From: a virus
Lineage: Duplodnaviria > Caudoviricetes
Length of the DNA stretch: 24,294 nucleotides
Direction: 5' to 3' (one strand)
Virus record (IMG/VR): IMGVR_UViG_3300005611_000187
Location: 1 to 24,294 of that record
In this document: positions 6,500 through 17,400 of the stretch, piece after piece
How the letters are laid out: each line of letters opens with the position of its first letter
How positions within the stretch are numbered: position 1 is the first letter of the stretch
Translations under genes and position numbers: made by a program
The notes under the pieces: generated by a model
The model's input: the letters and a program-made list of their open reading frames with translations, nothing else
What the model was told of the DNA's origin: nothing
Database searches by the model: none

Positions 6500-7627
6500 A
6501 TGGCATTTCAATCTTCTGTTAACCCCGCTCAGCTTACTCAGCTGGGTTCTAGTAATTTCGGGGCAGATACTCGTGCTCTGTATCTCAAGCTTTTTAGCGG
6601 TGAGATGTTCAAAGGATTCCAGCATAACACTATTGCTCGGGATCTGATCATGAAGCGTACCCTGAAGAACGGCAAGTCTATGCAGTTCATCTTCACGGGT
6701 CGCACCAAGTCCGAGTTCCATACTCCTGGCAACAGCATCCTTGGGGACACCAACAATGCACCCCCGGTGGCTGAGAAGACCATCACCTGTGATGACCTTC
6801 TGATTAGCTCTGCCTTCGTGTATGAACTCGATGAAGTCCTGGCTCATTATGACCTCCGCTCTGAGATCTCCCGTAAGATCGGGTATGCTCTGGCTGAGAA
6901 GTATGACCGTCTGATCTTCCGTGCTATCACCCGTGGTGCACGTCAGGCCAGCCCTGTGTCTGCTGCTAACTACACTGAGCCGGGTGGTACTCAGATCCAG
7001 GTTGGTACTGGTTCTGGTACTGAAGCTGATGCTTACGATTCCGCTAAGCTGGTGGCTGCTTTCTATGATGCAGCTGCTGCTCTGGATGAGAAGGGTGTGT
7101 CCATGGATGGTCGTGTGGCTGTTCTGAACCCCCGTCAGTACTACTCCCTGATTCAGGCAGTTGGTACTAGCGGTCTTGTGAACCGCGATGTTCAAGGTAC
7201 TGCGCTGCAAGGCGGTCAAGGTATCATCGAAATTGCTGGTATCAAGATCTACAAGTCCATGAACATCCCGTTCCTGGGTAAGTATGGTACCAAGTATGCT
7301 GGCACCACTGGTGTGACCTCTCCTGGTAACACTGGTGACTTTGTTGGCCCTGCTCTTGAGGATGCTTCTGGCGCTAGCACTGGTATCAACAATGACTATG
7401 GTACTGCTGCTGAAGTCGGCTCCACTTCCTGTGGTCTGATCTTCCAGAAAGAGGCTGCTGGTATGGTGGAAGCTATCGGTCCTCAGGTGCAAGTGACCAG
7501 TGGTGACGTCTCCGTGATTTATCAAGGTGATGTGATGCTGGGTCGTCTGGCCTGCGGTGCTGATTACCTGAACCCTGCTGCTGCTGTTGAACTTCATGTG
7601 ACCAACACTGCACCTTCCTCTTTCTGA
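6500..7627 (+). CDS. Major capsid protein (T7 gp10-like)
   Basis: ALYLKLFSGEMFKGF, RTLKNGKSMQFIFTGR, ITCDDLLISSAFVYELDE, YDLRSEISRKIGYALAEKYDR; frequent C-ending codons as expected for a highly expressed gene; followed by a terminator. Confidence 0.97.
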   Translation: MAFQSSVNPAQLTQLGSSNFGADTRALYLKLFSGEMFKGFQHNTIARDLIMKRTLKNGKSMQFIFTGRTKSEFHTPGNSILGDTNNAPPVAEKTITCDDLLISSAFVYELDEVLAHYDLRSEISRKIGYALAEKYDRLIFRAITRGARQASPVSAANYTEPGGTQIQVGTGSGTEADAYDSAKLVAAFYDAAAALDEKGVSMDGRVAVLNPRQYYSLIQAVGTSGLVNRDVQGTALQGGQGIIEIAGIKIYKSMNIPFLGKYGTKYAGTTGVTSPGNTGDFVGPALEDASGASTGINNDYGTAAEVGSTSCGLIFQKEAAGMVEAIGPQVQVTSGDVSVIYQGDVMLGRLACGADYLNPAAAVELHVTNTAPSSF

Positions 7628-7650
7628 GGATAAATTTTAGTTCTTTTATG

Positions 7651-7679
7651 GGGGATCCTTCGGGGTCCCCTTTTTTTTT
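7651..7679 (+). terminator. Intrinsic terminator after the capsid gene (T-phi equivalent)
   Basis: GGGGATCC-TTCG-GGGTCCCC stem with a C(UUCG)G tetraloop, followed by 9 T. Confidence 0.95.
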
Positions 7680-7685
7680 ATCTAT

Positions 7686-8303
7686 ATGGCTTTTCCTACC
7701 ACTAATGCAACACAGGAACTTCCTGCTGTAAATCAAATACTGCAGTCATGTGGTCAAGCGCCTGTGACTACCCTAGATCAAACCAACCCGGACGTTGCGA
7801 TTGCCTATGGGACTTTGCTAGAAGTCTCAAGGGAAGTACAGGCAGAGGGATGGTCCTTTAATAAGGAACTTAACTACCCAATTGTTCCTGATAATAATGG
7901 GGAGATTCTGATCCCTAATAACATGCTGCAGATTGATCTATCTAATAACCCCAATAATATGGGGTATGATGTTATCCGTCGGAACGGTAAACTATACGAT
8001 AAGATCAGTCATACCTATAATTGGCCAAAAGGTAATGTTGAGTGTGATATTACTTGGTTATTTGATTGGGTTGATCTCCCACGTCCTATCCAAGATTACA
8101 TTACAGCTAGGGCAGCAAGTATTGTCTCCAGTAGAATTGTAGGCGATACTAGCCAATACCAAATCCTACAACAAAAAGAAGCGTACACCAGAGCTATGGC
8201 TGTGGAGTATGACTGCAATCAAGGTGACTATACATTCTTTGGTCACTCTGGTGAAACTAATAACTATCGTTCTTACAAACCGTTCCACGCTCTTTATAGA
8301 TAA
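7686..8303 (+). CDS. Tail tubular protein A / adaptor (T7 gp11-like)
   Basis: ELPAVNQILQSCGQAPVTTL, SREVQAEGWSFNKE, DLPRPIQDYITARAA; directly after the capsid terminator. Confidence 0.93.
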   Translation: MAFPTTNATQELPAVNQILQSCGQAPVTTLDQTNPDVAIAYGTLLEVSREVQAEGWSFNKELNYPIVPDNNGEILIPNNMLQIDLSNNPNNMGYDVIRRNGKLYDKISHTYNWPKGNVECDITWLFDWVDLPRPIQDYITARAASIVSSRIVGDTSQYQILQQKEAYTRAMAVEYDCNQGDYTFFGHSGETNNYRSYKPFHALYR

Positions 8304-10687
8304 TGGCAGCAGTAACTCAACGGATCACAAATTACCTTGGTGGGGTATCAAAACAATCAGATGACAGGAAACTGCCTGGGCAGGTCCGTGAGTGCTATAA
8401 CGGATACCCTGATCCCACCTTTGGATTGACTAAAAGACCTGGTTTTGAACATATTCTTAATTTAGGCACTGGTACTACTTATGATGATGGTAAGTGGTTT
8501 TTCATTAATAGAGATGAAGATGAAGAATACATTGGTGTAATTAAAGGTACATCAATTAGTATTTGGAACGGTGCTACTGGTCAGACCTGTACTGTAACAT
8601 ATCCTGATGGTACTAGTTATCTAAATGGTGTACGTACAGATTACAAAATTATTACTGTACAAGATACAAGTATTGTTGTTAATAGTAGTGTTACTGTTGG
8701 TACACAACCAGCACCCACATATTATCCACATAGGGCTGCTACAGTAAAGATCAGCCTTGTACTATCACAAACAACTTATACAATTGAAATTACAATTAGT
8801 AGTACAACAAATACAGCTACTTATACAACATCATCTTCTGCTGATGTTGATACAATTCTCACCAGTTTAAAATCACAAATTGATGGCTGGAGTGGAGATT
8901 TTAACAATCTTACTGTAACTAAACTTAGCAATTCACTTGAAATTTCAAGTACAGTTGATTTTGATGTTCATGCAGAAGGTGGTATAGATAATCTATCCAT
9001 GGAAGCTTTTGAGGATATTGTATCTAATATTTCGGAACTTCCCAACAAATCAATTGACGGTCGTATCGTAAAAGTTGTTAATACTAATGCATTGGGTGAT
9101 GATTACTGGGTTAAGTTTGTCGCTCATGATAGGGTAACTCTTCAAGGTGAGGGTTATTGGGAAGAAACCGTTGCACCAGATGTTTCTCCTGGTCTTGATT
9201 CAGCAACTATGCCACATGAGCTAGTTAACACAGCACTGAATACATTTGTTTTTAAAAAAATTAATTATGAAGATAGGTTAGTTGGTGATGATGAAACCAA
9301 CGAAAATCCTAGCTTTGTAGGTAATAAAATTACAGCTGGATTCTTCCATAACAATAGACTTGGGTTTTTATCTAAAGATAATGTATCCATGAGTAGAGCT
9401 GGTGAGTTTTATAACTTCTTCCATCAAACTGCTCAAACATCAACTGATGCAGATCCAATTGATATTAGTTGTTCTTCTACACGACCAACTGCCTTACATG
9501 CTGTGCTTTCCACAGCTCAGGGTGTTGTGTTGTTTTCTGAAGATCAGCAATTTATCATGTTCTCAGATACAGGTGTCTTGACTCCTTCATTGGCAACAAT
9601 CAGAACTATTTCTAATTATGAATTAGATAAATTTATTGAACCTGTTGATGTAGGAACTAACATTAATTTTATCACTAAAACACCTGGTTACTCTCGTGTC
9701 TTTGGTATGGTAACTAGGGGTCAACAAGAGAACCCACAGGTACTAGATATTAGTCGTGTAGTTAAAGAGTGGATCAGTCCTAGTATTGATTCAATGATTG
9801 CTAGTCCTCAGAACTCATTGATTGCATTAAGTGGTCAATCATTAAATGAAATATTTTTATTTCGTTATTACAGTGATGGTGAAAAGAATTTGATGCAATC
9901 TTGGTTCAGTTGGTTGATGCCAGGTACTGTTCAATTTCTTGCTAATGTATCTGATAATATGTATGCTGTTACTAAACAAGGCGATCAGTTTGTATTAAGT
10001 AAGGCTGCATTAAGTCAAAGCCCAGAACAAGCTATTATTGTCAATAATCAAGGTGAGCGTGTAAATCCATGTGTTGACCTTTATGCTGTAGCTTCTAGCG
10101 TTACTTATGATTCAGCTACTAAGACAACCAAATGTTATCTACCATATAATGATGTTACTGATTTAGAACCGATTATCGTTATTAAAGGCAGCACTGCAGG
10201 CGGATCATTTGTTGAGTCTGGTTTTAATGTAACACCAGAAAGGGGATCAGACGGTACTGGACCTTATTTTAGTATCACTGGTAAAGATCTCACAAGTGTA
10301 GCATCTGATGTAATTGTTGGTTTTAAGTATAATTTTGATATTGAACTACCACGTACTTATTTCCGTCCTGGACAGGTTGATACAGATTTTACTGCTAACC
10401 TAACTATTTCTAGGATGAAGTTTGCTGTAGGCTTGTCTGGTATGATGAGCTTTAAACTGCAATCAAATGGTAGATCAGAATGGTTTGATATTCAACCAGT
10501 TATCGAAGCAAATTATTACTTAGCTAATGATGTTCCACTAGATGCAGAAAATGTATTCACCTTACCTATTCATCAACGTACAGAAAATTTTAGAGTAAGA
10601 ATGTTTAACAACTCACCATTTCCCGTTGCAATTAATGCAATGATGTGGGAAGGTAAATACACACCACGATTCTATAGGAGGGTCTGA
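8303..10687 (+). CDS. Tail tubular protein B / nozzle (T7 gp12-like)
   Basis: 794 aa; GGVSKQSD, GLTKRPG, TMPHELV, RLVGDDETNENPSFVG, FFHNNRLGFLS and C-terminal WEGKY; TAATG coupling to gp11. Confidence 0.94.
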   Translation: MAAVTQRITNYLGGVSKQSDDRKLPGQVRECYNGYPDPTFGLTKRPGFEHILNLGTGTTYDDGKWFFINRDEDEEYIGVIKGTSISIWNGATGQTCTVTYPDGTSYLNGVRTDYKIITVQDTSIVVNSSVTVGTQPAPTYYPHRAATVKISLVLSQTTYTIEITISSTTNTATYTTSSSADVDTILTSLKSQIDGWSGDFNNLTVTKLSNSLEISSTVDFDVHAEGGIDNLSMEAFEDIVSNISELPNKSIDGRIVKVVNTNALGDDYWVKFVAHDRVTLQGEGYWEETVAPDVSPGLDSATMPHELVNTALNTFVFKKINYEDRLVGDDETNENPSFVGNKITAGFFHNNRLGFLSKDNVSMSRAGEFYNFFHQTAQTSTDADPIDISCSSTRPTALHAVLSTAQGVVLFSEDQQFIMFSDTGVLTPSLATIRTISNYELDKFIEPVDVGTNINFITKTPGYSRVFGMVTRGQQENPQVLDISRVVKEWISPSIDSMIASPQNSLIALSGQSLNEIFLFRYYSDGEKNLMQSWFSWLMPGTVQFLANVSDNMYAVTKQGDQFVLSKAALSQSPEQAIIVNNQGERVNPCVDLYAVASSVTYDSATKTTKCYLPYNDVTDLEPIIVIKGSTAGGSFVESGFNVTPERGSDGTGPYFSITGKDLTSVASDVIVGFKYNFDIELPRTYFRPGQVDTDFTANLTISRMKFAVGLSGMMSFKLQSNGRSEWFDIQPVIEANYYLANDVPLDAENVFTLPIHQRTENFRVRMFNNSPFPVAINAMMWEGKYTPRFYRRV

Positions 10688-10689
10688 GT

Positions 10690-11820
10690 ATGCCAGCACT
10701 TTGGGCGATTGGAGGCGCTGTTATTAGTGGTGGTCTCGGTTTTTTGGGATCACAATCCAGAAATAACAGTGCCAGAAGCGAAGCCAGAAGACAAACAAAA
10801 ATTAATAAAGAGAATTATAAATACCAATGGGGAGATCCTGATTCCGATGAATTGGGAGGCGAAGCAAAACGTAAGTATGATTACTCAGTAGAAGGTCTTC
10901 AAATTCAAAAAGAAAATGATGCCAACAATATTGCTTATCAGGAAGCCGGTTTAATTCAAAGCTGGGAATATCAAGCCGGTAGACAACTTTATGAAGAAAA
11001 CCAACTAAACCGTATTTACGAGAGGTCCGTTCAACAAGCTACAGGGCAAATCACGTTAAATGAGTTTGCTGCTGGCCAAGCTATGTTGGAGCAGGATAAT
11101 TTTCTTCGAGAGAATTTAGTTGATCTAGCATTTAGTGAGCAGCAAACTCTTCTTGATTATGGAATTGCTGCAGCAGGTCTAGATATTCAACGCCGTAAAG
11201 GTAGAGCAGAAGCACAGCTCACTATGGGTGCTGAGAGGGGCCAGGCGGCGCTTTCCCTTCAAGAAGGGTTGGTTGCAGCTGCGGAGGCAAAAGGTGCTGC
11301 TGCAGCGGCAGGACAAGCCGGTAGAAGTGCACGTAAAGCTCAACAAGCAATTACAGCAAAAGCTGGTGCTAAGAGTGCAGCACTTTTACAAAAACTAAGG
11401 GATAATCAAAACTCTGTCGTACAGCAATTACTATACACTGATCAAAGTATTAGTCTTGATTATCAAAAACTTAATAGCCAGTTGATGTTAGATAAAGCTC
11501 AACTTGCTGCAACAGCAGATAATTTGTTTGCTAGTGATGCATTGGTTAGACAGAAAATTAAACTGGAAGAACTGCAAGCTAATATTAATGCTGAAAACAG
11601 CATTGAGCTTAAACCTGAAGCACTTCCTCCTATTCCTAAACCGTTTGCACTACCAAGGCCAGTTTATCAAGATATTTATGAACCCAAGAAGCCTAAGTTC
11701 TTAGGTCAGGTAACTCCACAGCTAGAAAATGTATTCCTATCTACTGCTAATGCTGCGATTTCGGGTGCTCAAGCTGGATTGAAGATTGGTCCTACATTTG
11801 GAATGAAATACCCAGGTTAA
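10690..11820 (+). CDS. Internal virion (ejection) protein, gp14-like
   Basis: Gly-rich hydrophobic N-terminus (AIGGAVISGGLGFLG), Ala/Gln-rich helical body with an AAAAAGQAGRSA motif; first of three core genes after gp12. Confidence 0.7.
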   Translation: MPALWAIGGAVISGGLGFLGSQSRNNSARSEARRQTKINKENYKYQWGDPDSDELGGEAKRKYDYSVEGLQIQKENDANNIAYQEAGLIQSWEYQAGRQLYEENQLNRIYERSVQQATGQITLNEFAAGQAMLEQDNFLRENLVDLAFSEQQTLLDYGIAAAGLDIQRRKGRAEAQLTMGAERGQAALSLQEGLVAAAEAKGAAAAAGQAGRSARKAQQAITAKAGAKSAALLQKLRDNQNSVVQQLLYTDQSISLDYQKLNSQLMLDKAQLAATADNLFASDALVRQKIKLEELQANINAENSIELKPEALPPIPKPFALPRPVYQDIYEPKKPKFLGQVTPQLENVFLSTANAAISGAQAGLKIGPTFGMKYPG

Positions 11821-11832
11821 AGCTTAAACATT

Positions 11833-14409
11833 ATGGCACAATACAAAAGTTTTGCGAAACAAGGAAGCTTTAGCAGTAACCGTTTAGAACTTCCTGATCA
11901 AACAGGTAAGATGAAAGAATCCCTGAATAGACAACTTCGGGGCATGGATACAGCTCAAGGTTTCCTTGAAAAAAATAGGGAGATTTATTTAAGAGCACAA
12001 CAATACGCTCAACAACAAGAGCGTATGAATCGTGAAGATAACTTTAGGTTTGAATCAGAAAACCGTAAAGCTTATCAAGATACAATTCAACGTAATAACG
12101 AGATTCAGCTTGAAAACAGTCGGAGAGAATCTGCTCAAACTGAAAAGCTTTTTAAAGATCTTAGTGCATTCTCTAAAAGTGCATTTGAGTTGTACGGTAC
12201 ATTTGAGGAGGGCAGAAACAAACAGCGTCAAGCTGTTGCTAATGAACTTGTGCTGAAAGCTGGTGCTGATTGGGGAACACTTTCTAATGTTTTATCTATT
12301 GACAGAAATTTAACTGGTCAGGCTTTTAGAGAGCAGGAGTTTATACAGAATTTCATTGCTAGTGGTGGTACTGAAGATCAGATAAGATTATTTGAAAGAA
12401 TGAGGGAAACTGGTTCTCCTCAATTGTATCTTAATTCAAAATTTGCTTTTCAACAATCCATACCACTTTATAATAATTTTGCTAGAGAAAGGATAGATGC
12501 ATTAGGTCCAGATGCTACACGTGAGCAAATTCAAAAAGAACTAAACATTGCATCTACTGAATTTCTTACTTCTCACTTAAAAGGTGCACGAGCAGAATTA
12601 CTTGAAGCGTCTGGATTCCTAGCAGGAGTTAGGTCTACAAACAACCAAATCCTTGCCAAGGCTAGCAAGAGAGACGCTGATCGTCGAGAAGAGAATTTTT
12701 TAAGGGAAGAAAGGCAAAACATCACGACTGTTTTTAATGAAGGCGGTGGTAACAATGTTGCTGGTATTATGGAGCAACAGCAAATCAACCCATCAAAACG
12801 TAAACGTGATAATTTACAAACTTGGACAATAAATGGTATGAGGTCTGGTAATCTTGCACCAGATCAAGCTGAATCAATTCTTGATTACAAAATCACCGTT
12901 GGTGGTAAACAAGTAGCATACAGAAAACAGTTCCCAGATTTTGCTGCTGCGGTTTCTGATGAAATGTTTAAAACCAGGAAACGTCAACAAAGTGAGTTTA
13001 ATTTACGTGAAGCTGAACGTATAAGTACAGCTGAAGCTGAGTTATCACAAGTTATTGATGGTTTTGCTGTTGATGGTGATGGTAGAATTGATGATAATGA
13101 GTTAGAAACCATTAATCAACGTGCTATTCAACTAGGTATTCCAGGTAGTAAACTTGTTGAGTATGCACAACAAAATTCTGTAAGTGCTGCCACTGATCGT
13201 GCTGTTGAAGCATGGGCAATGAAGAAAGCTAATAACCTTAGCTTGAAAGTTGACGATGTAATGGGTGTTAAGATGGGTGCAAACCTTCGCAATAAACTTC
13301 TTAATATTGCAAGGCAACAACAAGAAACCCGTCAATCACCTATTTATAAAGCACATATTCAAGCAATTGAAGCTGCTGTTAGCCAACATCCACAGATTAA
13401 AGCAGCACCTGTTACTGGTTCCGCTAATTATTCTGTTGTATTGATGAGAGATAAGTATGTTCAACAATATAAACAGAATCTACAACGCCTTGATCCAGAA
13501 CAAGCTGTGTCATTGACTTTGCAGCAAATCAAAACAATGCAAGCCACTCCTGGTGCTATTACTAAACAAGGTACATATAAAGCAATTGAAGATCAAATTA
13601 AAGTATCTTCTCAAGGTGCTAACGTATCTTTGAATAGGGTTAATAGTATCCTTGCTGCTATGAGAGAAAAAGTATTTGATACTGATCCTGAGTGGGCTGT
13701 AGGTGTTGTTGGTGAAGAAGTTTTTAATAACTTCTATTCAACATTACAAGCTGGCGGTCAACCACCTGAACTCTTGAAAACTCTAGCTGCTAGGAGAGGC
13801 GTCGATCCTCTTACACTAATTAATCACCTTGCAAAAGGTGCAAAGAAACCACCGATCCAACCACTAAACAATCAGCTAAAAGAAATTAAAGATAACCTAT
13901 CTCCTATCACACGTCGGTTGTATGACACGTATCGTACTAATGAACGAGTAGAGCGAGCTAATTCTGTTGTAACTAATAGAGTTTCTTATTCACCTAAAAG
14001 AGGGTCCTTTGCTAATAAACCTTTTGATATGTCTAAATTGACTCAAAAGGATTATGATGATCTTGCATTTGCTATTTCAAGTGAGGCTCAATTGGGTACT
14101 GATGATGAATACGGTGTCGCTGCTAACATCCTCACTCGTCTAATGACAGGTAGGTACGGTAATACAATTAGTGAAATCATCAATGCTCCAGGGCAGTATG
14201 AAGGTGTACTGCGAGGAATGTCTCGACCTAGCCCTGAGATTGCTGCTCGACTTCAATCTCCTGCAGGACAGAAAAAGATCCAAGAGTTTATTAAAATTCT
14301 AGATGGTCGTACAGAATTCAAGGGGCAGGCATTGATTCAAAATCGTGTTCCCTCCGAGGATCCTATGTTTTCAGCAGGTGGTAATTTCTACCACTATGCG
14401 GGTCAATAA
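11833..14409 (+). CDS. Internal virion (ejection) protein, gp15-like, with C-terminal SleB/Hydrolase_2-like cell-wall hydrolase domain
   Basis: 858 aa, helical, syntenic with gp15. The C-terminal ~120 aa LAFAISSEA...GVAANILTR...GNTISEIINAPGQYE...GGNFYHY follow the SleB pattern (LA..I..EA / VA.VI.NR / .TI..V....GQF). Confidence 0.75.
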   Translation: MAQYKSFAKQGSFSSNRLELPDQTGKMKESLNRQLRGMDTAQGFLEKNREIYLRAQQYAQQQERMNREDNFRFESENRKAYQDTIQRNNEIQLENSRRESAQTEKLFKDLSAFSKSAFELYGTFEEGRNKQRQAVANELVLKAGADWGTLSNVLSIDRNLTGQAFREQEFIQNFIASGGTEDQIRLFERMRETGSPQLYLNSKFAFQQSIPLYNNFARERIDALGPDATREQIQKELNIASTEFLTSHLKGARAELLEASGFLAGVRSTNNQILAKASKRDADRREENFLREERQNITTVFNEGGGNNVAGIMEQQQINPSKRKRDNLQTWTINGMRSGNLAPDQAESILDYKITVGGKQVAYRKQFPDFAAAVSDEMFKTRKRQQSEFNLREAERISTAEAELSQVIDGFAVDGDGRIDDNELETINQRAIQLGIPGSKLVEYAQQNSVSAATDRAVEAWAMKKANNLSLKVDDVMGVKMGANLRNKLLNIARQQQETRQSPIYKAHIQAIEAAVSQHPQIKAAPVTGSANYSVVLMRDKYVQQYKQNLQRLDPEQAVSLTLQQIKTMQATPGAITKQGTYKAIEDQIKVSSQGANVSLNRVNSILAAMREKVFDTDPEWAVGVVGEEVFNNFYSTLQAGGQPPELLKTLAARRGVDPLTLINHLAKGAKKPPIQPLNNQLKEIKDNLSPITRRLYDTYRTNERVERANSVVTNRVSYSPKRGSFANKPFDMSKLTQKDYDDLAFAISSEAQLGTDDEYGVAANILTRLMTGRYGNTISEIINAPGQYEGVLRGMSRPSPEIAARLQSPAGQKKIQEFIKILDGRTEFKGQALIQNRVPSEDPMFSAGGNFYHYAGQ

Positions 14410-14435
14410 TGGCTAACTTCTAACAAGTGAATTAA

Positions 14436-17400
14436 ATGAACGATTATGAAGAGCAACTGTTGGCAGGTATGCCTGAACTAACTGAAGAACAACGGCAACG
14501 TATTCTTCTTGAACAACAACAAGTACAAGCTCAGCTTGAGCAGTTAGAAACCCAACAAGTTGAACAACCGAAGGCTTCCCAACCCGATGTTACGGCTGGT
14601 GGTATGGGTGAGCCTTCCCCTACTCCTACTCCAACGGAGCGTAGAAGCATTAGAGATGTACAGATTGGTGGTGAACTAGAGACGTTTGCCACTGATCCTA
14701 GGGGGTCATTTGAAGCAGCTTTGTCTATCCCTACAGGGGTGTTGGACTTTGGTGCTGATCTACTTAATATGATCCCTAATGTTAATATTCCTAAAGTTCC
14801 TAAATTCGAGAATGATGTAGCTCAAAGTGTAAGGGAGTTGTCGTCAATTGTTATTCCTACACTTACTCTTGGTGGGGCTGGTACAACAGCTCTGAAAGGA
14901 GCTGCAAAGGGCTCTAAGTTCCTTTCTGACCCATTGGTACGGAAGATCGGTGAAGTGGGCTTCAGCGCCGGTACAGGGGCCTTTGTGGACTATACCGTAG
15001 AGCTAAACCAACAAGATGATAACCTTGCTGGTACTTTGAAGAAAAGCTGGCCGAGGTGGTTTGGTTGGATTCCTGATGATATTGCAACTCTTGACACTGA
15101 TAGCCCTGATGTAAAACGTGGTAAGAACGTTACAGAGGGCACTACTCTTGGTGTTGGTACTGATATCCTTCTTGGGCTTAGCAGGTTAATTAAGGCTATC
15201 AGGGGAGTAGACCGAGCTACCCAATGGGTTCCTGAATCTGAAAAAGCTAAGAATTGGTTCAAGGAGAACCTAGAACTAGAGGGTACTCCTGAAGAAGTAG
15301 TTGAGGCTTCTGCTGCTAAACGATCTGAAGCATTGGATGAGATTGGTGGTTACAACCTTGATGGTCGTACCACTACAACCGAAACACCGATGACGGCTAA
15401 GGATTACTACATTGAATCCCAGTCCGTTGACTTTGCTGGTACTCCTGAAGAAGCTGCTGAGTTTTACAGTAGAGCTTGGGATGAATCTTTGACTCCTGAG
15501 ATGAAGCAGCAGTGGGAGCAGATGGCTGCAGAAAACCCGGTACGTATTCAACAGACCGTTGATGAATCTCAACCTATCTTTGGTTATCATGACCTCTACG
15601 GTTATCAAGAACAAGGTATTCGTTCTGCTGATGACCTAGGTATTGTTGGTGCTTCTGTTGATGCTGTTCGGATTATGAACAACATCGATAGTGTCTATGG
15701 TCGTGTTGGTAGTGTCGTTACTGAAGGTGCATTGAAGTATGGCCTTGAGGCTGCTGGTAACCAAGAAACCATCATCCGTGGTCTCGCTAAACAACTACAA
15801 GATGCTGGAGAGTATGGTTACAAGACTGCTTCTGGTAAGTACATCACCTTTGATCAAATCCAAAAGACTGGGGAAGATCTTGCTTCTCAGTTCTACCGAA
15901 TGGATGTTGGTCAACTTAAGACTGCCCTCAAGCAATTCCAAGGTGTTGATGTAGACACTGGTGCTCCTGTCCTTCAATCTGAAGCCTATGCAGGTGTGAT
16001 GGGTGCCATTAAGAAGTACATGGATGATTACATGAACATGGATTACATACGTGCTCAAGCGTATGTAGGTACTTCTATGGCTGGTCAGGTGTCTGATATG
16101 GCTCAAGGTATGAGACTTACTATGGAGTCTCCTGCTATTGAACGTGCTCAAGAACAGATCCTTGATCGTGTTGAGTTCCTTATGGCTCAAAAAGGTATGA
16201 CTTCCTACTCACGGGGTCGTGCTTTGAATATGCTGAACCTGTGGAACCGCATGACAATGAAGGGTTCTAAGGCAGCAGATAAAGCAGAGGCTACACGTCT
16301 CGCAAACCTTGTTAAGAACGAAAACAATAACACCCTTGCTGCTATTGAACGTATCAAACAAGATGCGAAGGAGACTGTTGATACACTTCGGGTAATCAAA
16401 GAGGAGCAACCAGAACTCCTGGCTCCTTTGATGATGGCGTATGAGTTGACTGACGGTAATGTTAATAGCATCACACGTCTCAATAATTACGTCAAGCAAT
16501 CTCTTGGTGTCCTTAATAAAGCTTTTATCGATCAGCAGCCTGAGATCCCTTCAGTGGTGATGAGAGGGTTCTACTCCAATGTCTATAACTCTGTACTGAG
16601 TGCCTTTGCTACACCTATCAAGGCTGGTCTTGCTAACACTGCTCTTCTTATCGAGAAGCCCTTCAGGGCAACAATTGGTGCTTTGATTACTGGTGACACT
16701 GAGACTATCCGACGTGGCTTCTACCAATTCGGTAATGTCACTGAGACTTTGGGTGATGCTTTTGATTACATGAAGCAGGTGTTCAAACGATCTGCTGATG
16801 ACCCGTATCTCATTGAGGTAAGAGATGACATTGGTCTTCGTAATGAACAGCAACTAGAGGTTCTTAATTCCTTTGCTGAAGCTAAGGCTTCTCAAGGTGA
16901 ATATGGTCCACAAGTAATGATGGAGATCGTAAAGAACATGAACGATCTTGCTAATCATCCTTGGTTGAGACTTGGTAACCGTTCTATGCAAGCATTTGAT
17001 GGATTCACACAATCCATGATTGCTACATTTGAAGCCAAAGGTCGAGCATTTGATGAGGTGACCCGTGGAGGCAAGCTTCCATTTGATGCTGAGAAAGCTG
17101 ATGCTATGTACCGCAAGGTGCGGGAAGGTATGTTTGATGAGGATGATCTTATTTCTGATGATGCTGTAAAGGCAACAGCAGGAGAGATTGCTTTGAATCT
17201 TGATAACGTTGCTAATAATGCGTTGTCAGCTTTGATTCGTAGAGCACCACTCCTCAAGCCATTTCTTCTCTTTACTAAGACTCCTCTCAATGAACTAGCG
17301 TTGTCTGCTACATATACACCTTTGGGTATATTTGTTAGAGATCTAGGAGCTTTTGGGAGGAACTTTGAAGATATGCCTTATGAAGAGGTAGAGCAACTGC

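Noticed and set aside
6488-7597. 369-aa antisense ORF spanning the capsid gene
   Set aside because: It mirrors the capsid gene on the opposite strand; biased codon usage in highly expressed genes depletes antisense stops. No recognisable motifs or expression signals.
7600-7650. T7 gp10B-style frameshift or read-through extension of the capsid protein
   Set aside because: After the TGA the frame reads GGA TAA and the terminator begins 23 nt downstream; no slippery site or room for an extension domain.
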